Shown here in pieces: positions 40,388 to 53,906 of a stretch of DNA of 64,000 nucleotides (position 1 is its first letter; every line of letters starts with the position of its first letter). The DNA comes from Arcobacteraceae bacterium. GTDB taxonomy: Bacteria > Campylobacterota > Campylobacteria > Campylobacterales > Arcobacteraceae. Location of the stretch: assembly GCA_965224485.1 (NCBI GenBank), contig CBDCZH010000005.1:1-64000 (forward strand), written 5' to 3'. The position numbers and the translations under genes are program-made. Under the pieces are notes generated by a model. That model had not been told where the DNA came from. It did not search any database and saw only the letters and a program-made list of their open reading frames with translations.

Positions 40388-42997
40388 ATGTTAAATATAT
40401 TTTCAAAAATTTTTGGAACAAAGAACAGTAAAGAAATAAAAAAATATTTAAAAAGATTAAATGAGATTAACTCTTTAGAATCTATTTATGAGCCAATGAG
40501 TGATGAAAAACTAAAAGATGCTTTTTCTAAACTTAAAAAAGAAGTTCAAAATAATGAAAAAACTTTAGATGATGTTTTATATGACTCATTTGCTATTACA
40601 AGAGAAGTTTCTAAAAGAACCTTAAATATGAGACATTTTGATGTACAGCTTATTGGTGGAATGGTTTTACATGAATCACGAATTGCTGAAATGAAAACAG
40701 GAGAAGGTAAAACTTTAGTTGCTACCTTGCCTGTTGTTTTAAATGCAATGAGCCAAAAAGGTGTTCATGTTGTTACTGTAAATGATTACCTAGCTTCAAG
40801 AGATGCAGCTGATTTAGAAAAATTATATAACTTTTTAGGTTTTAGTGTTGCAGCTATTACAGCCCAGAGTTCAGGTGAGACTAGAAAAGAACAATATGCT
40901 TGTGACATTATATATGGGACAAATAATGAATTTGCTTTTGATTATTTACGAGATAATATGCAACTTGATATTGAAGAGAAAGTTCAAAGAGAACATAATT
41001 TTGTAATTGTAGATGAAGTAGATTCTATTTTAATAGATGAAGCAAGAACTCCTTTGATTATAAGTGGTCCAACTAATCAAAAGAATCAAGATTATAAAAA
41101 AGCTAATGCTATTGCTCTTAGTTTAGAAAAAGGTGTTAGAACTGAAGCAAAAAGAGCTGATGAAGCAGCTATAACTACAGGTGATTTTATAGTTGATGAA
41201 AAAACAAAAGGTGTTTCCCTAACAGAAGAAGGAATTGAAAAAGCTGAAAAAGAATATGATGTAGAAAACTTATATTATGCAGAAAATGCAAATTTAGCTC
41301 ACTGTTTAGAGCAATCTTTAAAAGCAAACTATACTTTTGAAATAGATGTCGATTATGTTGTAAAAGACAATGAAGTAATTATAGTTGATGAGTTTACAGG
41401 AAGATTAAGTGAAGGAAGAAGATTTAGTGAAGGTCTTCATCAAGCCCTAGAAGCTAAAGAAAATGTAAGTATTCAATCTGAATCACAAACCTTAGCTGAT
41501 ATTACTTTCCAAAATTACTTTAGAATGTATGATAAACTAGCTGGTATGACAGGAACAGCACAAACAGAAGCAACTGAGTTTGCTGAAATTTATAACCTTG
41601 ATGTTGTTTCGATTCCTACAAATGTAGATATTAAAAGAATAGATAGAAATGATTTAATTTTTAAAAGTGAAAAAGAAAAATTTGAAGCTGTTTGTAATAG
41701 AGTTAAAGAGTATCACAAAAAAGGTCAACCTGTTCTAGTTGGTACTGCTTCTATTGAAAAATCAGAACATTTACATAGATTATTAGTAGAAGAAAAGATT
41801 CCTCATACTGTTTTAAATGCAAAACAACATGAAAAAGAGGGGAAAATAATAGAAGACGCTGGAATTAAAGGTGCTGTTACTATTGCGACAAATATGGCAG
41901 GACGTGGAGTTGATATTAAACTTAAACAAGACACTTTAGATGCTGGTGGATTAGCTATTATTGGAACAGAAAGACATGAGAGTAGAAGAATTGATAATCA
42001 GCTTCGTGGTCGTTCTGGACGTCAAGGAGATTTAGGTGAGTCTCAATTTTATCTAAGTTTAGAAGATAATTTACTAAGAATTTTTGGAAGCGATAAAATT
42101 AAAGGTATTATGGAAAGACTTGGAATTGAAGATGGTGAGCATATTGAATCTGGTATGGTAACACGTGCTGTCGAAAATGCTCAGAAAAAAGTTGAGAACA
42201 TGCACTTTGAAAGCAGAAAACATATTTTAGAATATGATGATGTTGCAAATAAACAAAGACAAGTTATTTATGCTTTTAGAAATGATTTATTAGATGAAAA
42301 ATTTGATATAAATACTAAACTTGATCAAAATAGAGAAGAATTTGTAGCAAGTTTATTATCACAAGCTGATATTGTTAATGGTATGCCTGTTGAAGATTAT
42401 GATTATGAATTTATTATTAATAAATTAAAAGAAGATTTAAAACTAGTTGCAACCTTAGAAGATTTAAAATCTGAATCATTTGATGATTTAGAGAAAAAAC
42501 TAGTAAAAACTATAAAAGAAATTTACGAAAGTAAAATGTCAATAGCCGCACCTGAGCAAAAAACAGAAATTGAAAGATCAGTTTATTTACAAATAATTGA
42601 TAATTTCTGGAAAGATCACTTATATGCAATGGATACATTAAAAACAGGAATTGGCCTTAGAAGTTATAATCAAAAAGATCCTTTAGTTGAGTATAAAAAA
42701 GAGTCTTATAATATGTTTATTGATCTTATTGCTTCAATTAAACATGAAATTATAAAAGTTTTATTTGCTATTCAATTAAGAGGAAATGAAGACGAAGAAG
42801 AAGAGAAAGCTGCATTGGCTAAAATGAAAGCCGAAATGAAAGAACAAAATGAAAATATTACTTCTAATATAAACTCTAATTCTTTAATTGAGAAAAAAGT
42901 AGCCAGAAATGAACCTTGTCCTTGTGGTTCAGGTAAAAAATACAAACAGTGTTGTGGTAAAAGTGGGCCTAAAAAAGGTTTAGTAGCAGGAAACTAA
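40388..42997 (+). CDS. secA: Preprotein translocase ATPase SecA
   Basis: [39 protein letters not shown]. Confidence 0.99.
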   Translation: MLNIFSKIFGTKNSKEIKKYLKRLNEINSLESIYEPMSDEKLKDAFSKLKKEVQNNEKTLDDVLYDSFAITREVSKRTLNMRHFDVQLIGGMVLHESRIAEMKTGEGKTLVATLPVVLNAMSQKGVHVVTVNDYLASRDAADLEKLYNFLGFSVAAITAQSSGETRKEQYACDIIYGTNNEFAFDYLRDNMQLDIEEKVQREHNFVIVDEVDSILIDEARTPLIISGPTNQKNQDYKKANAIALSLEKGVRTEAKRADEAAITTGDFIVDEKTKGVSLTEEGIEKAEKEYDVENLYYAENANLAHCLEQSLKANYTFEIDVDYVVKDNEVIIVDEFTGRLSEGRRFSEGLHQALEAKENVSIQSESQTLADITFQNYFRMYDKLAGMTGTAQTEATEFAEIYNLDVVSIPTNVDIKRIDRNDLIFKSEKEKFEAVCNRVKEYHKKGQPVLVGTASIEKSEHLHRLLVEEKIPHTVLNAKQHEKEGKIIEDAGIKGAVTIATNMAGRGVDIKLKQDTLDAGGLAIIGTERHESRRIDNQLRGRSGRQGDLGESQFYLSLEDNLLRIFGSDKIKGIMERLGIEDGEHIESGMVTRAVENAQKKVENMHFESRKHILEYDDVANKQRQVIYAFRNDLLDEKFDINTKLDQNREEFVASLLSQADIVNGMPVEDYDYEFIINKLKEDLKLVATLEDLKSESFDDLEKKLVKTIKEIYESKMSIAAPEQKTEIERSVYLQIIDNFWKDHLYAMDTLKTGIGLRSYNQKDPLVEYKKESYNMFIDLIASIKHEIIKVLFAIQLRGNEDEEEEKAALAKMKAEMKEQNENITSNINSNSLIEKKVARNEPCPCGSGKKYKQCCGKSGPKKGLVAGN

Positions 42998-42998
42998 T

Positions 42999-44207
42999 TT
43001 GAATAAAAAATTAGTTAACTTTATTGTAAAAAAATATCTAAAATATGACAATAAAAATCCTTTTATATCTATAAGTGCCCTACTCGCATTTGTAGGTGTT
43101 GCTATTGGGGTGATGGTTTTAATCATTTCAATGGCAATTATGAATGGAACTTCTAAAGAGTTTGAGAAAAAACTCTTTACTATGAACTACCCCTTATCTA
43201 TTTTTGAAAAGTTTCCTGATTCTATTAATAAAAATATTGTTCAAAAACTTGAAGCAAAATTTCCAAAACTTATTTTTTCGCCATACATAAGTTCTCAAGC
43301 CATAGTTCAAAATGGTGATAACATGACAGGAGGAGTTATATTTGGTGTTGATTATAAAAAAGAGTCTAAGATTAACTCTATTTATAAAAAAGCTCTTAAT
43401 GACCTATCTTTAAATAAGTATGATATTATTTTAGGAAATGGAATAAAAAATAAACTATATATTTTTCCTGAAGATAAAATAACTCTATATTTCACCTCCT
43501 TAAATCCTAGTGGTTTTACTATGATGCCAAGAATGAAACGTTTTACTTATAAAAGCAACTTTAAATCTGGTCTAAATGCTTATGATAATGCTTATATGTA
43601 TACTTCTCTTGAAGCTTTACAAACCTTAATGAAAAAGAAAAAAGATTATTATGATGGTATTCATATTTATTCTAATGATGCTTTTGCTGATATTAAACAT
43701 ATAAAAAAATACCTAGATGAACTTGGTGGTTTAGGAATAATTGGTTGGTGGCAGCAAAATGGAAACTTTTTCCAAGCCATGCAATTAGAAAAAAGAGCCC
43801 TATTTATTGTTTTAATGTTAATTATTTTAGTAGCAGCACTTAATATTATTTCTTCTTTATTAATGACTGTAATGAGTAGACGTAAAGAAATAGCCCTACT
43901 TTTATCTATGGGTGCTTCTCAACAAGAAATAAAATCTATCTTTCTTAAACTTGGATTATATATTGGATTTACGGGTATTGTTATGGGTATAATACTTGGA
44001 TTTTTTGGATTATATATATTAGATACCTTTGATATAATCTCACTACCAGCTGATGTATACGGAACTTCTAAGCTTCCACTAGAACTAAGCCTTGTTGATT
44101 TTGTATCAATAATTATAGGTTCTATTTTAATAGTAATTCTATCTTCTTATTATCCAGCTAAAAAAGCGACAAAGATTGATGTTATTGATGTATTAAGAAA
44201 TGAGTAG
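42999..44207 (+). CDS. Lipoprotein-releasing ABC permease (LolC/E/F)
   Basis: GVAIGVMVLII, LIILVAALNIISSL, RRKEIALL. Confidence 0.9.
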   Translation: MNKKLVNFIVKKYLKYDNKNPFISISALLAFVGVAIGVMVLIISMAIMNGTSKEFEKKLFTMNYPLSIFEKFPDSINKNIVQKLEAKFPKLIFSPYISSQAIVQNGDNMTGGVIFGVDYKKESKINSIYKKALNDLSLNKYDIILGNGIKNKLYIFPEDKITLYFTSLNPSGFTMMPRMKRFTYKSNFKSGLNAYDNAYMYTSLEALQTLMKKKKDYYDGIHIYSNDAFADIKHIKKYLDELGGLGIIGWWQQNGNFFQAMQLEKRALFIVLMLIILVAALNIISSLLMTVMSRRKEIALLLSMGASQQEIKSIFLKLGLYIGFTGIVMGIILGFFGLYILDTFDIISLPADVYGTSKLPLELSLVDFVSIIIGSILIVILSSYYPAKKATKIDVIDVLRNE

Positions 44208-44322
44208 CTTTTTAAAGCTACTTATTTTTATTAAATAATTCTTTTTAACTCAAAACTAATATTTCAATACTTTTTATTTTACTCTTTGTTTTTCTAACTT
44301 TATCTACTTTATCTTATAAGCT

Positions 44323-47214
44323 TTATTTTTTCTCATTAGTAAAAAGTTCAATAGGAGCTGTAAAAATTCTTTTGATAACATTTAGAGGTGCTACTGCTGA
44401 ATCTTTAACTATATCTGACTTAATAATAGGATCGCCTAGTTTGCCTGTAATTTTTATCTTTGTTGAGACTACTTTATCTTTTCCTAAAAAAACATAATTA
44501 ACTAAAGGAATATAAGATACAATTTTGCTGTAATCTTTCATGAAAATTAAGTTCATACTAGAATCAATTAAATCATTTGTAAAATCAATTGTTGTATTTC
44601 CTGTAAAATCAACAGAATTTCCAATTGTTACAATTTTATGCATATTTAAAAATTGTTTTTTAATATTATATATAAAGTCAATATAACCCTCATTTATAGC
44701 ATATCCATTTAAATTAAACCCACCATTTTTAACCATACCATAAACAGCAGGTAGAGCTAAAAGAGGATTAATCAAAGCAGGACTTGTATTAACTAGTGTA
44801 ATAAGGTTATTCAAAATTGCAAGGTTATTAATTCTATTTTTACTAAAAACTATTTTTCCTCTTAGTATATTATTTACACTATTTGCATTTATACTGATGT
44901 TTCCACCTGAAACAATATTTTTATCAAAAAATGTATTTATCATCTCATCATTTATTTTTGAAGCATTTATAGTAATTTTATTTTCTTTATCTTTAAAGAA
45001 TTTAATTTTTGAGTTTTTATGAACTAAATTAAAAGAAGTAGTATTCTTATTACTATTTAAACTATAAGAACTTGCTAATAATTTATATTTATCATTAATT
45101 ATTATATTTGAATTCTTAGCATTAAGTTTTAAAGATAAAGTATTTTCATTTTTTGCGTTAGTATCATAAGCTAAATCTATATTTTGCATATATAAGTTAG
45201 CATTATCTTCATCTAGAGTAAATTTAATACTCTTATCTTTTGTTTCAAGTTTAAAAATTTCATCTTTATATACTGCTTTTATATCATATTCAAGAATTCT
45301 TTTTTTATTTTTATAAAAAGGTAAATCTTTTTTATAAAATATTCCATCTATATTTATTTGTTTTTTATTTAATAAAATTTCTGCATATTTTGAATAAAAA
45401 CTATTCTTTTCTATATTAATATTTGAGTTTATTAACTCTAAACGTATATTATTAAATAAATTGTTCTTTTCTTTTTCTGATTTTTCCTCTTTTTTATCTT
45501 TTTTGTAATTAATATCTAAATTTTTTAATTTTAAGCTAAGTTTATTATTAAAAGATTTAATTTGAAAATCATTATTTAAAGAAGATAATTCAATTTTGTC
45601 ATTTTTTAAAAAACCTTTTAAGTGTAAACTTGTGATGTTTTTATTATCTTTTTTTATAGGAATATTTAAGTTTTGCACTTTTGTATCAATATAAATCTCA
45701 TTTTCGTCTTTTATTTTTAAAGTTATATTTCCTTTTTTAATATTCATGCTTTGTAAAAGTTTTGAATACTTATAAAGAGAGTCAAAGTTAGAAATTTTTA
45801 TCTTTGTAAAATCTTTTTCTAAGAAAATTTTTGTATCTAGTTCTTTTAAATCAATAATTGTATTTTTCTTAAAATCAACTAATAAAGAAGAGTTAAAATC
45901 TTTAATATTAATTATTTCATTATTTGATTTTTTTACTATAAAAGAGTTTACAAAAACTTCTCCTTTAGCCCTTTGTGTTTTTACATCTATATTAAGGTTT
46001 AATCTTGTATCTATCATTTTTTTATGTTTAACACTATTTGATTTTATTAAAACATTGTAATTATTTAAAATAACTTTAGCACTTTTTGTATATAAAGGAA
46101 AACTATTTAAAAGTAAATTTGCATCTTTAATATCAAAAACACCTTTTACCTTAATATCACCATTATAAGGTACATCTAACTGTAAACTTGCATTAATACT
46201 TCCATCAACTTGTTTAACAGGTATATTAATCTCATAAGCTCTTAATATCTCTAAAACGTCATCATCTAAAAGATGATTAGCTTTAATATCTATTAGAACT
46301 CTACCTTTTCTATTTGATAAATTAGGGATTTTTACAAAACTTCCATCAATATCAATATTTTTATATTTTGGTTTTAACATATGGAAGTTTAGTATTCCTT
46401 TTTCAAAAACGATATGAAGTTTTTTTGTTTTAACAGGAGCAACTTTTTTATTAAAAGTAATACTTGCATTTGTTATAAGGGCATCACCTTTAATTTCACC
46501 TAAAATTGGCTCAAAAGTATCTGTTTTTAGTTTTCCATACAAATAATTAAGTTTCATCTCTCCTGTAACATTCTCATACATCCACTGCTCACCGACTATT
46601 GGAAGTCTAAAAAGTGATTTTAAAAACTTTAAGTTCTTAAGTTTTCCACTTGTTACAAAAAAATCAATATACTCTTTTGTGATTTGTAAGTTTAGATCTC
46701 CTTGGGCTTCTTTATAATTATAAGTACCAAAAAAGTTCAATACTTCTTTAAAATAGTTAAGTTTTAACTTTCCTCGTAACATTGCATTTTCTTTTTTTAA
46801 GTAAATCGAGTATAAATCAAGTTCAATACTAGAACCAGCTACTTTATACTTAGATGCAATATTTATATAATTATTATCTAAGTAAATATAATCATTATCA
46901 AATAAAATATTAAAAGTATTACCATCAACGATTAAAGATTCTATATCTATTTTTTCAAAATATTTAAGTACTGTTGGTACTGTTTGGATAATATTTTTTA
47001 TATCTTCATGGGTAGTTTTAACTTCTGATTTACTGTTTAAAGTTATGTTTTGTATTTTTACAATAAGCTTTTTATCTAATTTTATATACAATTTTGAAAT
47101 ATTTAAATTTAAAAAAGAGAATGAATCAATACTTATGCCATTAAATAAAAAAACAACAAACATTGAAATTAATGATAAAAAAACAATTAGGAATATACTG
47201 ATTTTTTTTAACAT
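44323..47214 (-). CDS. AsmA-like (YhdP family) protein
   Basis: N-terminal TM anchor, beta-rich body, C-terminal IPLVNYVFLG...GDP. Confidence 0.75.
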   Translation of the reverse strand: MLKKISIFLIVFLSLISMFVVFLFNGISIDSFSFLNLNISKLYIKLDKKLIVKIQNITLNSKSEVKTTHEDIKNIIQTVPTVLKYFEKIDIESLIVDGNTFNILFDNDYIYLDNNYINIASKYKVAGSSIELDLYSIYLKKENAMLRGKLKLNYFKEVLNFFGTYNYKEAQGDLNLQITKEYIDFFVTSGKLKNLKFLKSLFRLPIVGEQWMYENVTGEMKLNYLYGKLKTDTFEPILGEIKGDALITNASITFNKKVAPVKTKKLHIVFEKGILNFHMLKPKYKNIDIDGSFVKIPNLSNRKGRVLIDIKANHLLDDDVLEILRAYEINIPVKQVDGSINASLQLDVPYNGDIKVKGVFDIKDANLLLNSFPLYTKSAKVILNNYNVLIKSNSVKHKKMIDTRLNLNIDVKTQRAKGEVFVNSFIVKKSNNEIINIKDFNSSLLVDFKKNTIIDLKELDTKIFLEKDFTKIKISNFDSLYKYSKLLQSMNIKKGNITLKIKDENEIYIDTKVQNLNIPIKKDNKNITSLHLKGFLKNDKIELSSLNNDFQIKSFNNKLSLKLKNLDINYKKDKKEEKSEKEKNNLFNNIRLELINSNINIEKNSFYSKYAEILLNKKQINIDGIFYKKDLPFYKNKKRILEYDIKAVYKDEIFKLETKDKSIKFTLDEDNANLYMQNIDLAYDTNAKNENTLSLKLNAKNSNIIINDKYKLLASSYSLNSNKNTTSFNLVHKNSKIKFFKDKENKITINASKINDEMINTFFDKNIVSGGNISINANSVNNILRGKIVFSKNRINNLAILNNLITLVNTSPALINPLLALPAVYGMVKNGGFNLNGYAINEGYIDFIYNIKKQFLNMHKIVTIGNSVDFTGNTTIDFTNDLIDSSMNLIFMKDYSKIVSYIPLVNYVFLGKDKVVSTKIKITGKLGDPIIKSDIVKDSAVAPLNVIKRIFTAPIELFTNEKK

Positions 47215-48193
47215 TTTTATTTTCTTCCTTATAAGCTCTATTATTATACTTTTTTATGTAAGTATTCCACTTACCTCTACTAAAGTTTTATTCATACCAA
47301 AAGGCAGTACTAACAGCATTGTAACTTATTTAAACAAAAAAGGTTATGAATTAAATGTAATAGATAAAACTATTATAAGATTCTTAGGATACCCCCAAAG
47401 TGGCTGGATTGACCTTGAATCTGAGTATATGAATAAGGCAGAATTTTTAAACAAATTAACAAGTTCAAAAGCTGCTATTAGAACTATTACTTTAATACCA
47501 GGTGAAACTGCATACTTTTTCTTACAAAACCTAGCAAAAAAGTATAATTTATCACATGAAAAACTTGTTGATGTTTACTCAAAATATGCATATAAAATTG
47601 ATGGTAATATCTTAGCTGAGACTTATAATTTACCTATTGGTATGAGTGAAGAGCATATATTGTTTTATCTATTTTCTTACTCTTCTAAAAAATATAAAGA
47701 GTTCTCACATAAAATATTTGGAGAGTATAATAAGGAGAAATGGTATAAATACCTTTCTATGGCTTCTGTTATTCAAAAAGAAGCTGCAAATGTAAAAGAG
47801 ATGCCAATAGTTTCTTCTGTTATTTATAATAGACTAAAAAAAGGTATGGCTTTACAAATGGATGGAACTTTAAATTATGGGAAATATTCACATATAAAAG
47901 TTACAGCGAAGATGATAAGAGAGGATAAAAGCTCTTATAATACTTATAAATTTAAAGGAATTCCAAAAAACCCTGTATGCGCAGTTAGTTTAGCAGCAAT
48001 TAAAGCAGCAATTTTTCCTGCTAAAACTTCTTATTTATATTTTGTTAAAGATGAGAAAACAAAACTTCATAACTTTTCATCTTCTTATAAATCACATGTA
48101 AATAGAATAAATGAAAATAGAGTAGTAAAAAGAAAGTCTAAAAGAAATAACAAAAATAACAAAATAAAAGATCTTTGGAAAAATATTAAATAG
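47135..48193 (+). CDS. mltG: Endolytic transglycosylase MltG
   Basis: TLIPGE, ASVIQKEA, SVIYNRL, LQMDG, YNTYKFKGIP, YLYFV. Start at ATG 47135 is more plausible than 47045. Confidence 0.92.
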   Translation: MPLNKKTTNIEINDKKTIRNILIFFNIFIFFLISSIIILFYVSIPLTSTKVLFIPKGSTNSIVTYLNKKGYELNVIDKTIIRFLGYPQSGWIDLESEYMNKAEFLNKLTSSKAAIRTITLIPGETAYFFLQNLAKKYNLSHEKLVDVYSKYAYKIDGNILAETYNLPIGMSEEHILFYLFSYSSKKYKEFSHKIFGEYNKEKWYKYLSMASVIQKEAANVKEMPIVSSVIYNRLKKGMALQMDGTLNYGKYSHIKVTAKMIREDKSSYNTYKFKGIPKNPVCAVSLAAIKAAIFPAKTSYLYFVKDEKTKLHNFSSSYKSHVNRINENRVVKRKSKRNNKNNKIKDLWKNIK

Positions 48194-48334
48194 CTGGGCA
48201 TAAATGAAACAAGAACTTTAAACAACTATCCTTTTTGATACTTATTATTACATTTTATAACAAAAAATGCTATTATAAACGCACTTTTCAAGGAATATTA
48301 CTTCTAATAAAAGTAATAATAATATTAAATTTAA

Positions 48335-50551
<2,217 letters not shown>

Positions 50552-50578
50552 TATTTTTCTTAATTTAAACGATATAAG

Positions 50579-50609
50579 AAAGCTAGGTTTTAAACCTAGC
50601 TTTTTTTTT
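50579..50609 (+). terminator. Intrinsic terminator of icd
   Basis: AAAGCTAGGTTT-T-AAACCTAGCTTT followed by a T-run. Confidence 0.85.
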
Positions 50610-50766
50610 ATAAAAAACTAACTACTTTTAGCTCCTAATCAAGGGCATTTTCTTAAATAGGACATCTTTTGTCCTAATTAATTCTATTTATAAAGTTTTA
50701 CTTCATTTTATTTTGCTAAACTTCTTTTATGAATTAAATATTCAGAATATTTTTTAAAGGATTAAC

Positions 50767-51270
50767 ATGAGTAAGGTAGCACTTATTTTTGGTAGCGATA
50801 CTGGTAATACTGAAGATGTAGCAAAAAGACTAACAGAAATGTTAGGCGAAGATAATATAGATTTAATAGAAGTAACACAAAGCTCAGTTGAGCAAATTTC
50901 ATCATATGATAAGTTAATTTTAGCAACATCAACTTGGGGAAGTGGAGATTTACAAGCTGATTGGGAAGATTTTGAAGATAAATTAGAGGAAATAGATTTC
51001 TCAAACAAAACAGTAGCACTATTAGGTCTAGGAGATCAAGATACTTATGAAGATACTTTTTGTGATGCAATGGCATTATTATATGATAAAGTAAAAGATG
51101 CAAATGTTATTGGTTTTACATCAACACAAGGATACTCATATGAGGATTCAACTGCAATTATTGATGGTAAATTCATGGGTTTAGTAATAGATGAAGATAA
51201 TCAGGATGATTTAACAGAAACTAGATTATTAGACTGGGCAGAACAAATCAAACCTGATTTAGGTTTATAA
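50767..51270 (+). CDS. fldA: Long-chain flavodoxin
   Basis: GSDTGNTE, STWGSG, GLGDQ. Confidence 0.95.
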   Translation: MSKVALIFGSDTGNTEDVAKRLTEMLGEDNIDLIEVTQSSVEQISSYDKLILATSTWGSGDLQADWEDFEDKLEEIDFSNKTVALLGLGDQDTYEDTFCDAMALLYDKVKDANVIGFTSTQGYSYEDSTAIIDGKFMGLVIDEDNQDDLTETRLLDWAEQIKPDLGL

Positions 51271-51500
51271 AACTTAATTAACTTAGAAGAAGTTACTTAA
51301 CTTCTTCTATCCTTATTGTATACACTATTTTCACATTCTTTACTAAATTTTTCTTTGTTATATTAAATAATCACAGTTTTTCTTAAATTAATTTATCAGA
51401 AGATAAAATTTATCAATAAGTATTATTTATCGTATGATTTTTATTATTATTTAAGAATTAATATTATAGGATAATATTAATCTAAAATTAAGGATAAATA

Positions 51501-52529
51501 ATGAAAAGAAGTAAACTATTTGTAGGCTGTTTCTTATTACTTAGCATTAATGCATTTGCAAGTAATAGTTTGATTATAAAAGCTAAAGAATCTGGACTTA
51601 GTGCAATACCCTCTAGTAATTTAGAAATACTCAAATTAGTAGATAATCCAAAGAACCCAATTACTAAAGCAAAAGTAGAACTTGGTAAAAAGCTATTTTT
51701 TGAACCAAGATTATCAAAGAGTGGATTAATTTCATGTAATACCTGTCATAACCTAGGTATGGGTGGAGTTGATGGACTAGAAGCTGCAATAGGTCATAAA
51801 TGGAGAGCAAATCCAGGACATCTAAATTCGCCTACTGTATATAATTCAGTTTTAAATAAAGTTCAATTTTGGGATGGAAGAGATCCTCACTTAGAAGCTC
51901 AAGCCCAAGGTCCTATTCAAGCAGGTCCAGAAATGGCAGCTCCTAAAGACCTAGTTCTTAAAAGACTAACTTCTATGCCAGCTTATGTAAAAGAATTTAA
52001 AAATGCTTATGGTCCAAAAAGTAAAATTACTTTTGAATTAATTACAGATACCATTGCTGTATTTGAAAGAACATTAATAACACCATCAAGATTTGATAAA
52101 TTTTTAAATGGAAATGAAAAGGCCTTAAATAAAAAAGAAAAAACTGGACTTAAGGTATTTATTAATAAAGGATGTACAACTTGTCATAATAACATTGGAC
52201 TTGGTGGAACTATGCAACCTTTTCAAATTGCAAAAAAATATAAATTTGTAAGTATAGGTGGTTTCAAAGGAGATAAAAATGGTATGGTAAAAACACCAAC
52301 TCTTAGAAATATAGAAGAAACGGCTCCTTATTTTCATAATGGTGCTATTTGGAGTTTAAAAGAGGCTGTTCAAGAAATGGGTTCTATTCAATTAGGAATT
52401 AAGATTTCTGATAATGAAGCAAAACAAATAGTAGATTTTTTAAAATCTTTAACTGGTAAAAAACCAGATATTTCATATCCACAACTTCCTGTTAGTACGA
52501 AGACTACACCAAAACCAGATATGAATTAA
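51501..52529 (+). CDS. Diheme cytochrome c peroxidase
   Basis: CNTCH, CTTCH, QFWDGR, PTLRNI, PYFHNG. Confidence 0.95.
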   Translation: MKRSKLFVGCFLLLSINAFASNSLIIKAKESGLSAIPSSNLEILKLVDNPKNPITKAKVELGKKLFFEPRLSKSGLISCNTCHNLGMGGVDGLEAAIGHKWRANPGHLNSPTVYNSVLNKVQFWDGRDPHLEAQAQGPIQAGPEMAAPKDLVLKRLTSMPAYVKEFKNAYGPKSKITFELITDTIAVFERTLITPSRFDKFLNGNEKALNKKEKTGLKVFINKGCTTCHNNIGLGGTMQPFQIAKKYKFVSIGGFKGDKNGMVKTPTLRNIEETAPYFHNGAIWSLKEAVQEMGSIQLGIKISDNEAKQIVDFLKSLTGKKPDISYPQLPVSTKTTPKPDMN

Positions 52530-52545
52530 TATTTTAAAATTAGCT

Positions 52546-53175
52546 TTATCTTTGAGATAAAGCTAGTTTCATTCCAAGAGAAAAAAGAACAAAAGAAGTT
52601 AAAACATTCATATTTTTTACAATTTTTGGATTTTTTAAAAGTTTTTTGCTTAATAAATTTCCTGCTATTCCAATAGAAGAAAAAACAATAACTGTCATTA
52701 ACATAAAAACAAAACCAAGAAAAAGCATTTGAATAGGAACAGAGCCTAGTGTAGGATTTACAAATTGAGGCAAAAATGCTAAAAAGAAAATAGAAACTTT
52801 AGGATTTAAAATATTCATAATAAAACCTTTAAAAAATAAATTTTTCATCTGTATCTTAGAAGAACTATTAGCTAAGTCTAAACTATCATTTCTATGTTTA
52901 TACGCCTTATATGCTAAATAAATTAAATATAGGGCTCCTAAATATTTTACAATATCAAAAGCCACTTGAGATGTTTTAAAAATAACTGATATTCCTAAAG
53001 CTGCTGCACTTGTATGAATTATTAAGCCTGAGCATAAACCTAGCGTTGTAATTATTGCTGCTTTTTTACTTTTAGTTAGACCTTGAGTTAAAACATATAT
53101 ATTATCAGGACCAGGAGAAAGACATAATAAAAAAGAAGTAAGAATAAAAAGTAAGAGTTGTGATGTCTCTATCAT
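52546..53175 (-). CDS. LysE/RhtB family exporter
   Basis: SPGPD, NILNPK, FLPQF. Confidence 0.92.
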   Translation of the reverse strand: MIETSQLLLFILTSFLLCLSPGPDNIYVLTQGLTKSKKAAIITTLGLCSGLIIHTSAAALGISVIFKTSQVAFDIVKYLGALYLIYLAYKAYKHRNDSLDLANSSSKIQMKNLFFKGFIMNILNPKVSIFFLAFLPQFVNPTLGSVPIQMLFLGFVFMLMTVIVFSSIGIAGNLLSKKLLKNPKIVKNMNVLTSFVLFSLGMKLALSQR

Positions 53176-53255
53176 AGAAGAGCCTTTATAAAATTTTTAA
53201 TTAAATAAAGAAAAAGTATATAATAAAGAGCCTAGAAGGCCCTTTAAAGAAAAAA

Positions 53256-53840
53256 CTACTTAATAGCGTCGATAATTACTTGTAAAGATGTTTTAATCTC
53301 ATCTTCACTCATAGAGCCATCTAAAGCACCCTCTTTTACTTCACCTTCAGTTAGTAAAGCAATATTTCCATTTTCATTAAGCATATATACAAAAAATTTA
53401 GTTTTTGTTGAATCATTTACATTTAAAGCTTGTACTGTAAAACCATCAAAATCATAAATCATTGGTATATTACTACCTTCATTTAATTCTTCTAGTTTTG
53501 AAGGAATAAACATTTTTTTAACAAACCAAGGAGCTGCTGAAATATTTGCAACCATAACATATGGCATATCTAAAGTAAAATATTTCTTTAAATCTTTAAC
53601 AATAGCTAAAGAGTCATGATTTCCAACAATTATTAATGTTTTTGAACCTTTTTTAAATAATACATCTTTATTCACTTTTTTATCTTGTGAAACTAATTCA
53701 TATTGTGCTGGTAAAGAAGCTCTAGTTAAAGAAGAAACATTGTCATTTGCAAGAATTTCTGGTTTTTCGGCTGTTAGATAAATTAGCAAAGCAAAACCAG
53801 CTACACCTATTAGTACTATTTTTAAAATATTTTTAATCAA
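53256..53840 (-). CDS. Membrane-anchored hypothetical protein
   Basis: N-terminal TM helix, good RBS; no family recognised with confidence. Confidence 0.6.
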   Translation of the reverse strand: MIKNILKIVLIGVAGFALLIYLTAEKPEILANDNVSSLTRASLPAQYELVSQDKKVNKDVLFKKGSKTLIIVGNHDSLAIVKDLKKYFTLDMPYVMVANISAAPWFVKKMFIPSKLEELNEGSNIPMIYDFDGFTVQALNVNDSTKTKFFVYMLNENGNIALLTEGEVKEGALDGSMSEDEIKTSLQVIIDAIK

Positions 53841-53906
53841 AATTATATCCTTTTATATTTTTGATGATTCTAACACTTTAAAATAAATAAAAGATTAACA
53901 ATAATA

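Noticed and set aside
47045..47134. Extended mltG N-terminus
   Set aside because: Deep antisense overlap and no RBS; ATG 47135 gives a normal N-terminal anchor.
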